Shown here: positions 15,170 through 31,120 of the stretch, piece after piece
How the letters are laid out: every line of letters starts with the position of its first letter
Position numbering within the stretch: position 1 is the stretch's first letter
Source: the human T2T-CHM13v2.0 reference genome, Homo sapiens
DNA: 64,000 nucleotides
Direction: 5' to 3' (one strand)
Assembly (NCBI RefSeq): GCF_009914755.1
Contig: NC_060938.1
The notes under the pieces: generated by a model
Told to the model about the DNA's origin: nothing
Database searches by the model: none
What the model saw: only the letters and a program-made list of their open reading frames with translations
Made by a program: the position numbers and the translations under genes

Positions 15170-15560
15170 GTGACGGTTAACTTTATGTGTCAGCTCCCCT
15201 GGCCGTGGGGTGCCGGGTTGAACGTTATTTCTGGGGATGTCCGAGGGTGTTCTGGATGAGATTAGCATTTGAATCAGTGGGCTCTGTAAAGCAGGCCGCC
15301 CTCCCCAGGGTGGGTGGCGTCACCCAATCCGCTGAGGACCCGAATAGCGCGGAAGGCAGAGAAAGGTGAATTTGCCCCCCTCTTCCTGCCACGCTGCTTG
15401 AGCTGGGACACTCACCTCACCTTCTCTGGCCCTGACACTGAGATTAACGCCATTAGCCCTCCGGCTCTCAGGGCTTCGGACTCAGACCGCACTGCACCAC
15501 CAGCTTCCCTGGGTCTTCGCGGGCGTGGGACCTCTCGGCCTGCGTGGTCACCTGCGCCCA
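15170..15560 (+). mobile_element. ERVL LTR (MLT2-like)
   Basis: GTGACGGTTAACTTTATGTGTCAGCT...GATGAGATTAGCATTTGAATCAGTGG. Confidence 0.75.
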
Positions 15561-15574
15561 GGCTTCAGCTGGCA

Positions 15575-16069
<495 letters not shown>

Positions 16070-16143
16070 CCCACTATATTGAAATACGGTTACCAAAATA
16101 ATAAAGTAATTGTTATTGGATTTCTTGTTAATCTACTGATTCA

Positions 16144-16437
<294 letters not shown>

Positions 16438-16693
16438 CCTACTGATCCAGATCTAGCAGCAGCTCTCATGACCAACAGTGTTGAAGCAGGAACAAAAATG
16501 AGGCTTCAAGACGCCGAAGCAACTGAAACACGATGGGAAAATACACAGGACTTTGCTGACGGTGGAGTCCCAGGTTCTGTGGAGACCGCTAGGTCCTTTG
16601 GCCACATTCACTATTGAGGAACACTCACTTTAGCCTAGAGGCTGGTGAAAGTAAAGATGCAACGTTTTTCCATCCAAGTTCAGGGACACCTGA

Positions 16694-16966
16694 ATCCCAT
16701 GATCAGTAGGTTCTAGTTTAGAACCCGGCTGCAGAGTTTACACCTGAGTGTGGTGATTACATCTTCACCGTTTCCTGATTTTTATCCCATGATCAGTAGC
16801 TTCTAGTTTAGAAATCCGGCTGCAGAGTTTACACCTGAGTGTGGTTATTACATCTTCACCGTTTCCTGATTTTTATCCCACGATCAGTAGGTTCTAGTTT
16901 AGAAACCCGGCTACAGAGTTTACACCTGAGTGTGGTCATTACATCTTTGCCGTTTCCTGATTTTTA
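16694..16966. repeat. 90/91-bp tandem repeat, 3 copies, followed by A19
   Basis: ATCCCATGATCAGTAG...TTTCCTGATTTTT units start at 16694, 16784 and 16875. Confidence 0.95.
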
Positions 16967-17583
16967 GAAAAAAAAAAAAAAAAAAAGCCTGTGATCTGAA
17001 CCAAGGTAATTGATCTCCCTCCCTTCCTACAGGTGTCCACGCCCTTGGGGAAGGTTATAGGGGTTGGATGTGCTTTTGACCCCAAGGGCTCCCTACGTAG
17101 CCCAGGCCAGCCTGGGGCTTGGAGGAGGGCGGGTGAGCTGATGAGAACCTCCTCCATGCTCAGCTTCCACCTGCTGGCATCTGTGTGCCCAGCACACAAA
17201 GCCTGGGCAACGGGCGACTCCTGTGAGCAGAGCTTCACCCTCTTCCCCTCTCACTACCCCCCACCCCACCTGCAGCCCCTCTCCTCCCTCCCCTTGGTTC
17301 GAGATGACCCCAACTCCCCCGGAGATTTCTACTGGGATCTGGTTTGGTTTTTGCTTTTTATGATCCCCTAAACCCATCTTCACCTCCCTGCTAGGGCTCC
17401 CCAGGTTGACTGGGGAGGACCCCACATTCCCCATGATTCCACGCAGCAAAAGACACTTCTGGCAGGAACCCGCATCCCAGGGCAGGCCCTGGGGCACCTT
17501 GGGCTGGGGAAGACTGCGGCCCCAAAATCTCCACTCCCTGCGCTGCCATCTGAAACACCACCATGATGGATAATGTCTTACCT

Positions 17584-17753
17584 AGGGAGAAGGCACCTGT
17601 GCTGGAAAAGGAGCCCCAAGAGACCCGCCTGGACCGTGTGGGTGAGACCATCGCACCCTCCTGCCGAGGGAGAAGGCACCTGTGCTGGCTAAAAGGGGTC
17701 CCAAGAGACCTGCCTGGACAGTGTGGGTGAGGCCATTGCACCCTCCTGCCGAG
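17584..17753. repeat. ~83-bp tandem duplication
   Basis: AGGGAGAAGGCACCTGTGCTGG...CACCCTCCTGCCG at 17584 and 17667. Confidence 0.9.
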
Positions 17754-17814
17754 ACGGTGGGCCCTGCTACAGAGCCTGATGCCCCTGAGGAGCTGGGACC
17801 ACTGTCCTCCCAAT

Positions 17815-18350
17815 ACACATACACACACAAACACACACAGAGACACACACCGACACAAACACACAGACACACAGAAACACACACAAACACAGACACACAC
17901 ACAGACACACAGACACACACAAACACACAGACACACACAAACCCACACACACACAAACACACAGATGCAAACACACACACACAGACACACACACAGACAC
18001 ACAGAAACACACAGACACACACAAACCCACACACACACAGATGCAAACACACACAGACACACAAACACACACAGACACACAAACACAAACACACAAACCC
18101 ACAGACACACAAACACACAGATGCAAACACACACACAAACACACAGACACACAAACACACACAGACACACACACAAACACACAGACACAAGACACACACA
18201 CAGACACACAGACACACAGACACACAAACACACAGACACAGACAACACACACAAACACAGACACACACATACACACACACAAACACACAGACACACACAA
18301 ACACACACAGACACACACAGCACACAGACACACACACAAACACACACACA
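17815..18350. repeat. Complex (CA)n/ACACAG microsatellite
   Basis: About 535 bp of interrupted CA repeats. Confidence 0.97.
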
Positions 18351-19511
18351 CCCTTCACAACCTTCCTGGGCTCTTAGCATTTTCTGTGGGGCTGTCAAGG
18401 CAGGAAGATCCAGGAGGGACCCCAGGGCGGGGAGAGACAAACTCTCCCAGCTCAGGAAGGCAGTGTGCTTTCGCCTAAATAACTGAGTGAGCTCACACTA
18501 ACAGGAAGTGTTTTGATTTTGCAGTCTGAGAGTTAATCCCGTCGCTGGCCAGACATGTTTGCTTTTAGGTTCTCTGGTGGCCCACAGGTCCCAGTTCTGA
18601 ATGGAAACATCCCGAGGCGGCCCCTCCCCTCCTCAAACTGCACCCTCCCCGGGCATGGCGCTGCCTGCAGGCTGTAGAGAGGGCCTGGGCTTTTTCACAC
18701 CTTGGGGAGGTGTAGACCAGGGAAAGGAAGAGGAGAAGGATGTGGGCAACCCTCCACCACCAGGGAGCTCCACCACCACTCCGCAGGCCCTGGCGTGGCA
18801 CCGTCCCCGAGGGCTGGCACCGGGCTGGTGGCAGGCCTCAGCATCAGAGGGTGGCTGAGTCGCACACACCGCCCCTACCCCTCTTCCCGAGACTGAGCCC
18901 CTCTCTCTAGCCCCAGAGCAGGAGTCACCCCCAGCCCCACCAGCCACTGCCCATGAAGCTGGTTGGAATTGCCCTCAGCGGCCACAGAGGCCCCAGCGGG
19001 GTCCCCAGCCAGGCCGACATGCACTAGCAGCTCAGAAAGAAAGGCCTTGTGTCCAGTGACCTCCCCCAACCTCGGAATGTGGCCGTTCTCTCCTCCCACC
19101 CCTACAGTAGGGCTGAGGCTGTCCCGAGTACAAAGGCCTTTTGTCCCCACAACCAGCCCCCACCCGCCGAGGTGACACTGGAGCTGGGAGAGTGGCAGCC
19201 TCCATGGCGGCCACAGTGGCTCCCAGCTCCCCTGCAGCAGGGCCTCCCTCCTCCCCCAGGGCCGGGCAGAGGGCACCTGCGGGGCATCTTCCCCGGCACC
19301 CCCTGGCTGCAGAGCACCCTGGTGAGAACGATCTAATCGGAGAGCCCAGGCTTATACACAGCTTCTCTCTGCCAGCTGAGAATTTACGTTTCTGATTAAC
19401 TTGTGTTACCCACAATACACTGTAGACTACAGAAGGCCAGGACCCTCTGAGGTGGTGCAGTGCCCCCAGTCTTGTTCTGGGTGAGGGCTCCACGGACCTC
19501 TTTATTTGTCA

Positions 19512-19909
<398 letters not shown>

Positions 19910-20309
19910 TCATTGTTTTAAGACACCAGAAAATACAGGCAAGCCGAAAGAATTCTGAACAACCAACGGCCGCTGCCCGAGGCCAGTTGCTGTGATTGCA
20001 GGTACTTTCCACCTGTCCAGACGCCTCCACGCGTGTGACACACACGCAATGCCAACCACACAACGCAGGCCGCCGTGAATGCCACTTACATCTGTCAGTG
20101 ACAAAACCTGACCGTGTTTCCACTAACTCTGACACAATATTTTAAATGACTGCACATTATGCTGTGTGCATAAGCCAATTTGTGTTCAACAAATCCATGT
20201 ATTGTTGGAAATTAACCACTTCTGGGGTTATTCTTTCAGAATTCTAAACAGTAGGGCCACAAATATCCTGATAGCTTGGTCTTTGAGCACCTTTAAGGTG
20301 CTATCTTGA

Positions 20310-20676
<367 letters not shown>

Positions 20677-20753
20677 TAAAGGGTATTTTTAATGCCTTAT
20701 GGAAAGCAGGGGTTCCAATAGGCTTTCCAGTCCAGTCTCTTCCTTGATCTTTA

Positions 20754-21236
<483 letters not shown>

Positions 21237-21914
21237 TCACCACAACTACTCACAATAACTGAGGAGGCCAGACACATTGTGAAAACCTTACTGCGAAGGC
21301 ATCAGAGAGCTGCAGAGGCTGCGAGGACTTAACGAACTAAAATTCCAGAGAATGGAGAACTGTCAGATAAGCAGGTGACCCACAGCCATCTTTTTACCTG
21401 GGGACATTTGCCTATTTGGGACACTGGGCTAAGGATTGGGCTTGGCCCAGGCAGAGAGCTACAGCCGGGGAAGAAGAAACCAGCAAAGATTCTCACTGTC
21501 ACAGGGAGGAAAGTGGCAAAATCGGAGTGTCCAGGGCCACAACCAGGCAGCGGGGCCCTCAGCCCCACCCCAAGACACCTGTAGGATCTCAATGCTGCTG
21601 CAGGAGGAGGCTCAGGAGCAAGTTGAGCAGCTCTGTGAGGCTGGACTGCACTTCCCACAGCCTTTCAAAGTGGGGAGATCAAGACCCGCCAGGCTCTCAG
21701 CTGAAATCTGGAGAGACCAATCCCCCAAACCAGGGCAAACCAGAGGAAGCCTGAACCCCATCAAACTACACACCAGTCCACCCGGGCCCATCCCTCACTG
21801 GGTTGAGGGACCTGCCCCTCTGTCCATCCTAACTGCCTGAGGTTTTTGCTCCCAATACAAGCCAGGTGGCTCCAATTAGAACAACTAATGTGCAAATAAC
21901 AACTATAATTGCCA

Positions 21915-22220
21915 GGCCAGGCACAGTGGCTCACACCTGTAATCCCAGCACTTTCGGAGGCCGAGGCGGGCGGATCACGAGGTCAGGAGATCGAGACCAT
22001 CCTGGCTAACATGGCAAAACCCTGTCTCTACTAAAAATACAAAAAAAAAAAAATTAGCCGGGCGTGGTGGCGGGTGCCCGTAGTCCAAACTACTCAGGAG
22101 GCTGAGGCAGGAGAATGGCATGAACCTGGGAGGCAGAGCTTACAGTGAGCCGAGATAGCGCCACTGCACTCCAGCCTGGGCGAGAGAGCAAGACTCCATC
22201 TCAAAAAAAAAAAAAAAAAA
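21915..22220 (+). mobile_element. Alu (AluY-like)
   Basis: GATCACGAGGTCAGGAGATCGAGACCATCCTGGCTAAC; TSD AACTATAATTGCCA. Confidence 0.95.
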
Positions 22221-22223
22221 CTA

Positions 22224-22657
<434 letters not shown>

Positions 22658-23427
22658 CTACAGGAAATGGAATGACCCGAAGAACCAGAGGACAGAGTTT
22701 GGGGTGACCATGGCAGCTGGACTGTGAGGGGGAAATCCCAGAAAGGAGAGCGCCATAGAGAGGGATTCCCCAAAGACTGCATGAAAAACTCAGCTCAGAT
22801 CTCTGGCAGAACCCTGAGCTATGTGCACACAGGACAGATCCCAGCAATTCACATAGCTGAAGAGAGATTTACCTGCCAGCCACACAGAGGAGGCAGCGTT
22901 TACCATTTGAGTTCAGTCAGGTTAACTGCTTGATGACACAAAACCAAAACAGTTAATAATCTGGAGAGAAAGATACGGAATCGCACATCCCTACAGTGTA
23001 GTGTTCACAATGCACAGGGTCAACCCCAAATCGACAGACACACCAAGAAGCAGGCAAATGTGACCGAGAATCAAGAACGTGAATTGATGGGAGCCAGAAG
23101 ACAAAGGAATATATCCTTAAAGTGCTCAAAGAAAAAACATGGCCAACCTACAATTCTACACCCAGAAAAAATATCCTTCTGAGATGAAAATGAAATAAAG
23201 ACTTTTCAGACAAACAAAAGCCAGGATAATTCATCTTTGATGGAGCTGCAAACGGAATATTAAAGGAAATATATCTAGGCATGAGGAAAATGATCGCAGA
23301 TGTAAACATGAACATGTAGACAAAAATGAAGAATACCAGAAAAAGTAAAATATGTGGGTAAATTCAGTTGAATATAGACTGCTCAGAACAATACTTGTAG
23401 TATCTTATAGAGTTTAGAATACAAGTA

Positions 23428-23735
<308 letters not shown>

Positions 23736-24477
23736 AATACAAGTAAAACCACGTGTATAACGACCACAACAAAGGAGGTCGGGGATATTTGCAATACAAG
23801 TGTACAGCCACGTACAAAAGACTTACGTCCAAAACATATGTAAAGAGCTCCTACAAATCAACAAGAAAAGGATAGACGACTCCCTAGGAAGTGAGCAAAA
23901 AGATTTGAAGACACTTTACCAAAGAGGATAGTCCAGCGGTCAGCAAATATGTAAGAAGATACCCCAATTTCCTTGGTTATCACGAAAATGCAAATCAAAT
24001 CACAAAGTAATATCACAACCCACAGACTGGTCAATATGAACAAGGTGAACACTTCCAGTTATCAGCAAGGCTGTGGAGTAACCAGAACCCTCACACATTG
24101 CTCATCACGTGAAGGTTGATACAACCACTATACAAAAGTGCTGGATGGTAACTATTAAAGCTGAACACAGGTAGACCCACTGCCAAGTTTCACCCGACAG
24201 AAATGCTTGCACCTGTTCACCAAAGACAGGTACTGTGTGAGCACGTTCATGGCCACACAAAAGCCAGGCGCCAGAAGCCACTCAAACGCCCATTCGTTGT
24301 AGAAGGGATAGATGAGTGGGGGGGCTGCTCACCCCATGGAATGGCGCTCAGCAGTGACAATGACTGATGTAGAATCTCGTGCAACAAGGGCGACCTTGCA
24401 GACTGTACGCTGAGTGGAGGAAACCAGACACTGTGCGATCCCCTTTTAGGAAGGGGGCAAATAAGATGCAGTTATCT

Positions 24478-25123
<646 letters not shown>

Positions 25124-25676
25124 CAGGGGCTGGGGATGGTCTAATTCCGTCTGGATGTCGGTTAGAGGAGTGTGTTCAGTTTGTGAAGACGTCCAGGCGG
25201 GGCTGGCTGCATCTTTCCATATCTCCGTTATATGTCAGTGAAAAGTCAGCTAAACACAATCATGTATTTAACCAGCACATTTGGGAAGCAGAGGAAGGAG
25301 GGAACGTGGGAGGAGGCCTGAGTGGTGCTTCTCATTGCCCTGCAGAATCAGCAGACCTTGATAATTGTAAAATATGTGGTTACATAAACATAATGACCCA
25401 GGCACTTAATGTTTTCCATGGTCATTTTTTTAAATCTAAGGAGATCATTAAGGAACCAGTATCTTTTGTTGTGGTAAAATATTTATCTGAAATGCAGCAA
25501 CTCTTTCCATTTAAATCCGAATGAAATAAAGTTTGATATTCTATTTTGAAATAAAGCCTATCATCGTCTTATCCCACTCCACTTCTCAGCTACTCTTCTC
25601 TTCTTCAGCCCTCTTCTCTGTCTCTCTACATAAGTACCAAGCAAGACATCTGGAATAAGGTTTAGCAATTTAATGA

Positions 25677-26019
<343 letters not shown>

Positions 26020-26743
26020 AGTGGTTGGATTTAAAGTGACTTTTAGAGACTCTTTTTTGTACATGTTTGCATTCATTCGCGTTTTAATAACAAGCATTTT
26101 TCAAGTTAATAAAGCTATTCTGTTGTGCTCCATCACTAGCTGGGTGACCTGGAGCAAGTTTCTCACCCTCGCTGAGCCTTGGTTTTTGCAGCTGTAAAAT
26201 GCAGATACGAATATTACCAAATGCATAGGGTTTTTTTAGAAAGATTAAATTAGATTATTTTTCAAAGTGCGTATAGAGTACAGGAGGCCCTTAATACACA
26301 ATAGCTGCTATTATTATTGCCAAACATAAATAGAGGAGAAAACAACAAAGAGACTCAGCCCTCCCTTCAGGAGGTGATAGTCTGGCAGAAAGAGGCGAGA
26401 GCTAACGCCCAGATGGAGCCTCATGAGCAGCCTACTGCCCTGGGCGGCCACAGGCATGTCGGGAGGGTAAGCAGGAGCCCGACGGCTGAAGCCTTGGGGG
26501 AACTGAGGGGTGGGCCAGAAGTGGGGGACCGCTGCACATGCCCTGCAGACTCAGAGGGTCTGAGTCAGCATCCTGTCCTGAGGGTGTTGCCGGACTGGGG
26601 AGTTGGGGAGACCCTGGCCTGCTGGGCCAGCGGAGGACCTCCTGCGGGGGCTGTCTGCAGGAGCGTGATGGGTTGGAAAGCCCTGCTGTCCACAGAGACT
26701 CCAATATGAGGAATGGGTGCCTTGGACCTGGTGCTGTAGACAG

Positions 26744-27105
26744 TGACAGGGTTTGGCTCTGTGTCCCCACCCAAATCTCACCTCGAATTGTAATCCCCAT
26801 GTGTGGAGGGAGGGACCTGGTGGGAGGTGACTGGATCAGGAAGTGGTTTCCCCCAGGCTGTTCTCCTGACAGTCAGGGAGTTCTCTTGAGATCTGATGGT
26901 TTAAAAGTGGCAGTTTCCCCTGCGCTCTCTCTCTCCTGCCACCTTGTGAAGAAGGTACTTGCTTCCCCTTCACCTTCCCCCACGATTGTAAGTTTCCTGA
27001 GGCCTCCCCAGCCATGCGGAACTGTGAGTCAATTAAACCTCTTTCCTTTATAAAATACCCAGTCTCAGGCAGTTCTTTATAGCAGTGTGAAAACAGACTA
27101 ATACA
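26744..27105 (+). mobile_element. Solo MST/THE1 (MaLR) LTR
   Basis: TGACAGGGTTTGGCTCTGTGTCCCCACCCAAATCTCA ... GACTAATACA; 5-bp TSD GACAG. Confidence 0.92.
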
Positions 27106-27367
27106 GACAGTATCAGGAGAGGCTTGAGTTCATCCAGTGCTATTGGAAGACTCTGTTGGATGGAAGATATTGAAGGCACAGCCAAGGTGTGGAGGCTCTT
27201 GAGAAGACAAAAGGTGCTCAGCACACACGTGGAGCTCTCTCCAGAGAGGTTTGCTCAACTCCTGCAGACAGGAAGAGCTGCCCTGTCCTACAGCCCTCTG
27301 CATGCGTGATGTCCAGGCATCTCCCACCTGCATCATTTCACCCCCTGACAGCAAGCACCTTGGGGTG

Positions 27368-28232
<865 letters not shown>

Positions 28233-28319
28233 ACTTGGGTGATGCTGTGCCCTTGCTTACCTGGTACCACCACTGCCAATCCTGTGCCCAGAACATAGCA
28301 GACTTTCAATTAATGTTGA

Positions 28320-28710
28320 ATGGATGTGGGACAGGTGGATGGGGGATAGATGGATGGTGGGTGAATGGGTGGATGGATGGATGGTGGGTAGATGGGTGGA
28401 TGGATGAATGGATGGATGGATGGGGTGGATGGATGGGTGGATAGGTGGTTAGATGGATGGATGGTGGTAGGTGAAGGGATGAATAGATGGATGGATGGAC
28501 AGATGGATAATGGGGGTGGGTGGATTGGTGGGTGAATGGATGATGGATGGGTGGATCGGTGGATGGGTGAGTGGATGGATGGGTGGATGGATGGTGGGTG
28601 AATGGATGAATAGATGGATGGATGGACGTAGGGGGTTGGGTGTGTGGGTGGAAGAGTAGACAGATTGGTGGATAGATGGGTGGATGCCTAGATGGGTAGG
28701 CGAATGAATG
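28320..28710. repeat. (GGAT/GGGT)n microsatellite
   Basis: Degenerate TGGA/TGGG repeats. Confidence 0.95.
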
Positions 28711-30541
28711 GGATTTGGATTCAGTAAGAGGTTTTAACACTAAGCTGTCTTAAATGCCCAAATGACAGGGCCAAGGTGGGAGTAAATGAAGTGCCAGCTG
28801 ATGGGAAAACTCCCAGCTCTGACACCTCTCACCACCCCTGCGACTCTCCTGCTCAGATTCTGAATCTGTAAAATGGGAATGCTTAGTGGTGCTCCAGCAA
28901 GAGGAAGCTCCATGTGCTGCAACACAAGTTATATGTCCTGACATGGATGCCTTGCTGGGGGTGGTGGGGGGTGATTCGCCTGCAGACGTCAAAGCCCTGC
29001 CTGCCAAGATCCTTGACTTCCCAGCCCCAACCAGGCATCACTCAAAGGTGACCTCTCCACTCCCAGCACCAAGGAGTTGCCTTTGGGCCCTGACCACCCT
29101 GATGGCCAAGGCTAGGCTGGCCAGCACCTCCCCAGCAGCCCTTCAGAGGCCTCCACAGCCCTGTGTCCAGTCTGACACAAGTGTGTCAGGTGGTCATGAG
29201 CACCGTTCCCTTCCAGCAAGGCCACCTCTTCCTGTGGGGAAGGGCCTCAGGTAGGCAGGCCGGAAGCACCTGCAGACCCCGCACTCAGAAACTGCCACCC
29301 CGCTTGTTGAACCTTGTGTTTTAGAAAGGGTCTTCCTTTCACAGCATCTCCCTCTCCCCAGTCCTCCTCCCAGAGGCTGTTTAAGGGTGGGCGTGGGACC
29401 CCCAGTGTTTCCAGGGTTATTCCTAGGGATGGACTTCTTATAAACAATATTGCCCCTCCTCCCAGGGCCCCAGGGCAAGGAGCAGCGAGCCTGGACCTGC
29501 AGCCACTGTAGCCCCAGCCTGGGGGAGGGGACAGCACAATCAGGGTGAAGTGGAGTCAGAGGTGGGTGTTGTGGAGGGGGGAGCGGTGCGGGGACAGCTG
29601 TCCTGGCCCGGCTACCTTCCCTGCCCCCTGTGACATCAGCCCATCAATTCCCTCCCTCTTTTGCCCTCACTAGGTCGGGTCTCTGGCCCTCGCAGCCACA
29701 AGGTTCCTGACTCCTGTGTCCTTGTGAAAGAGCCACACACAGCAGCAGGGGGACTGCCCCCGCCAGGACCAGCCCAGGATTCCTGCTGGATTCCGTGTGT
29801 CAGGACCACCCATTCTAGCAGAGGAGCAGGAAGCCCAGAGAGGCAAATCACGCGTCTAGGAAGCAGAGAGGGATCCCCGCCCCAGGGCCGCCTGAGGAGT
29901 GAGAGAGCTGAGGCTGAGGTCTGCTGTTACTAGAGCTGAAACCTACGGACCTACCCAGCTCCCGTTTTCGCCGCTGGGGAGACCCACGGGGAGATCAAGG
30001 GGCCTGGGGGGGGGGGCCCTCCCACCTTGGACGTTGGTTGCCACATCTGCACGTGACGGGGAGAAACGTGTCATTCCAGGAGGACAGGAAGGCGGGGCAG
30101 CTGAGGGGGGATCCCCAGATATAGGGGCATCCCCAGGACCCACCCCCGTCCTGTGGAGGCAGGAGGAGGGGCCGCACCCCTGGGTTTGAAAGGCAGCAGC
30201 CGCCTTCCAGAGGGAGCGCTGGCGGGACCTTACCGCACCCCCTTCAGAGTAGCCCCCTCCCCCCATTGCTGCCCTGGACTCTGCGGCCAGCAAGCTGGAG
30301 GTTCCTAGGGCTATGGGGGACAGGAGGCTGTGGCTGGCTGAGGACTTTGTGTCAATGTTCCCACTGCCTCTGGGGACTGGGGACAGCCAGGCCACACGCG
30401 GGGGCAGTGGGACTTAGCACCTGAGCCTGCTGAGCTCCTGAAAGCCCTGGAGGTTCTCGGTTCCCCGAGGTGGGGCAGGGAGGAGGGAGCCCCTGGTGTG
30501 GCCTGGTTCTGCTGGGCGGAACACTCAACACTCCCTTCCCT

Positions 30542-30597
30542 GACGAAGAGGCGAGAGCTGCTTCGGGAAGAACCACCTGCCCTCACCCCACTCGGTC
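30542..30597 (-). ncRNA. MIR4710: microRNA 4710 precursor
   Basis: Minus strand reads GACCGAGTGGGGTGAGGGCAGGTGGTTCTTCCCGAAGCAGCTCTCGCCTCTTCGTC, a hairpin containing GGGTGAGGGCAGGTGGTT, the mature miR-4710 as I recall it. The position upstream of INF2 fits. Confidence 0.85.
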
Positions 30598-30749
30598 TGG
30601 GACAGGCAGGGCACTGGCCTGCCGGGAGCCCCCGCCCCTGTGCCTGCAGCGCTGCTCTGCGCCCTGCTCCCTTACTCCACCTCCTTCCACCTCCTCCCCT
30701 TCCTCCTCCTCCCAAGGAGGAGGCAGATGGTGGTGGAAACTCTGCTTCC

Positions 30750-31120
30750 TCCATTTTCCGGAGCGTGACTCAGCACCGCAGCTGCCGCCTCGGCCCCCAC
30801 GCAGCAGCGCGAAGCCTGCCCTCCCCTACAGCGGAGCCCGGGGACTCCCCAGAACACCCCTCCCGCAACTCATCTGGAGAACGCAGGGCTGCGGGCTGCC
30901 GAGCCCACCTTCCCGGAGCCCCCAGCCCAGCGGACCCCTCCTAGGCAGCTAATTTCCCGCCCACCCGGCGACGGCAGAGGACGTGTGCCGGGGCGGAGTG
31001 CGGGCAGGTGGGCGGGGCTGCAGCCCCAGATCTCAGGGACACACAGAGGCGACCACGGGGCTTCTTAGCTTCTGGGTGGCCGCCCCGCCCAGGAGACTGG
31101 GCTGAGCGAAGGGGAGGGGA
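30750..31120. promoter_or_regulatory. CpG-rich element with AP-1/ARE site
   Basis: CpG cluster, GC boxes (GGGGCGG), GTGACTCAGCA at 30765-30775. Confidence 0.6.

Noticed and set aside
17391-18486. Cys/Val- and His/Thr-rich ORFs up to 349 aa
   Set aside because: Translations of the (CA)n array.
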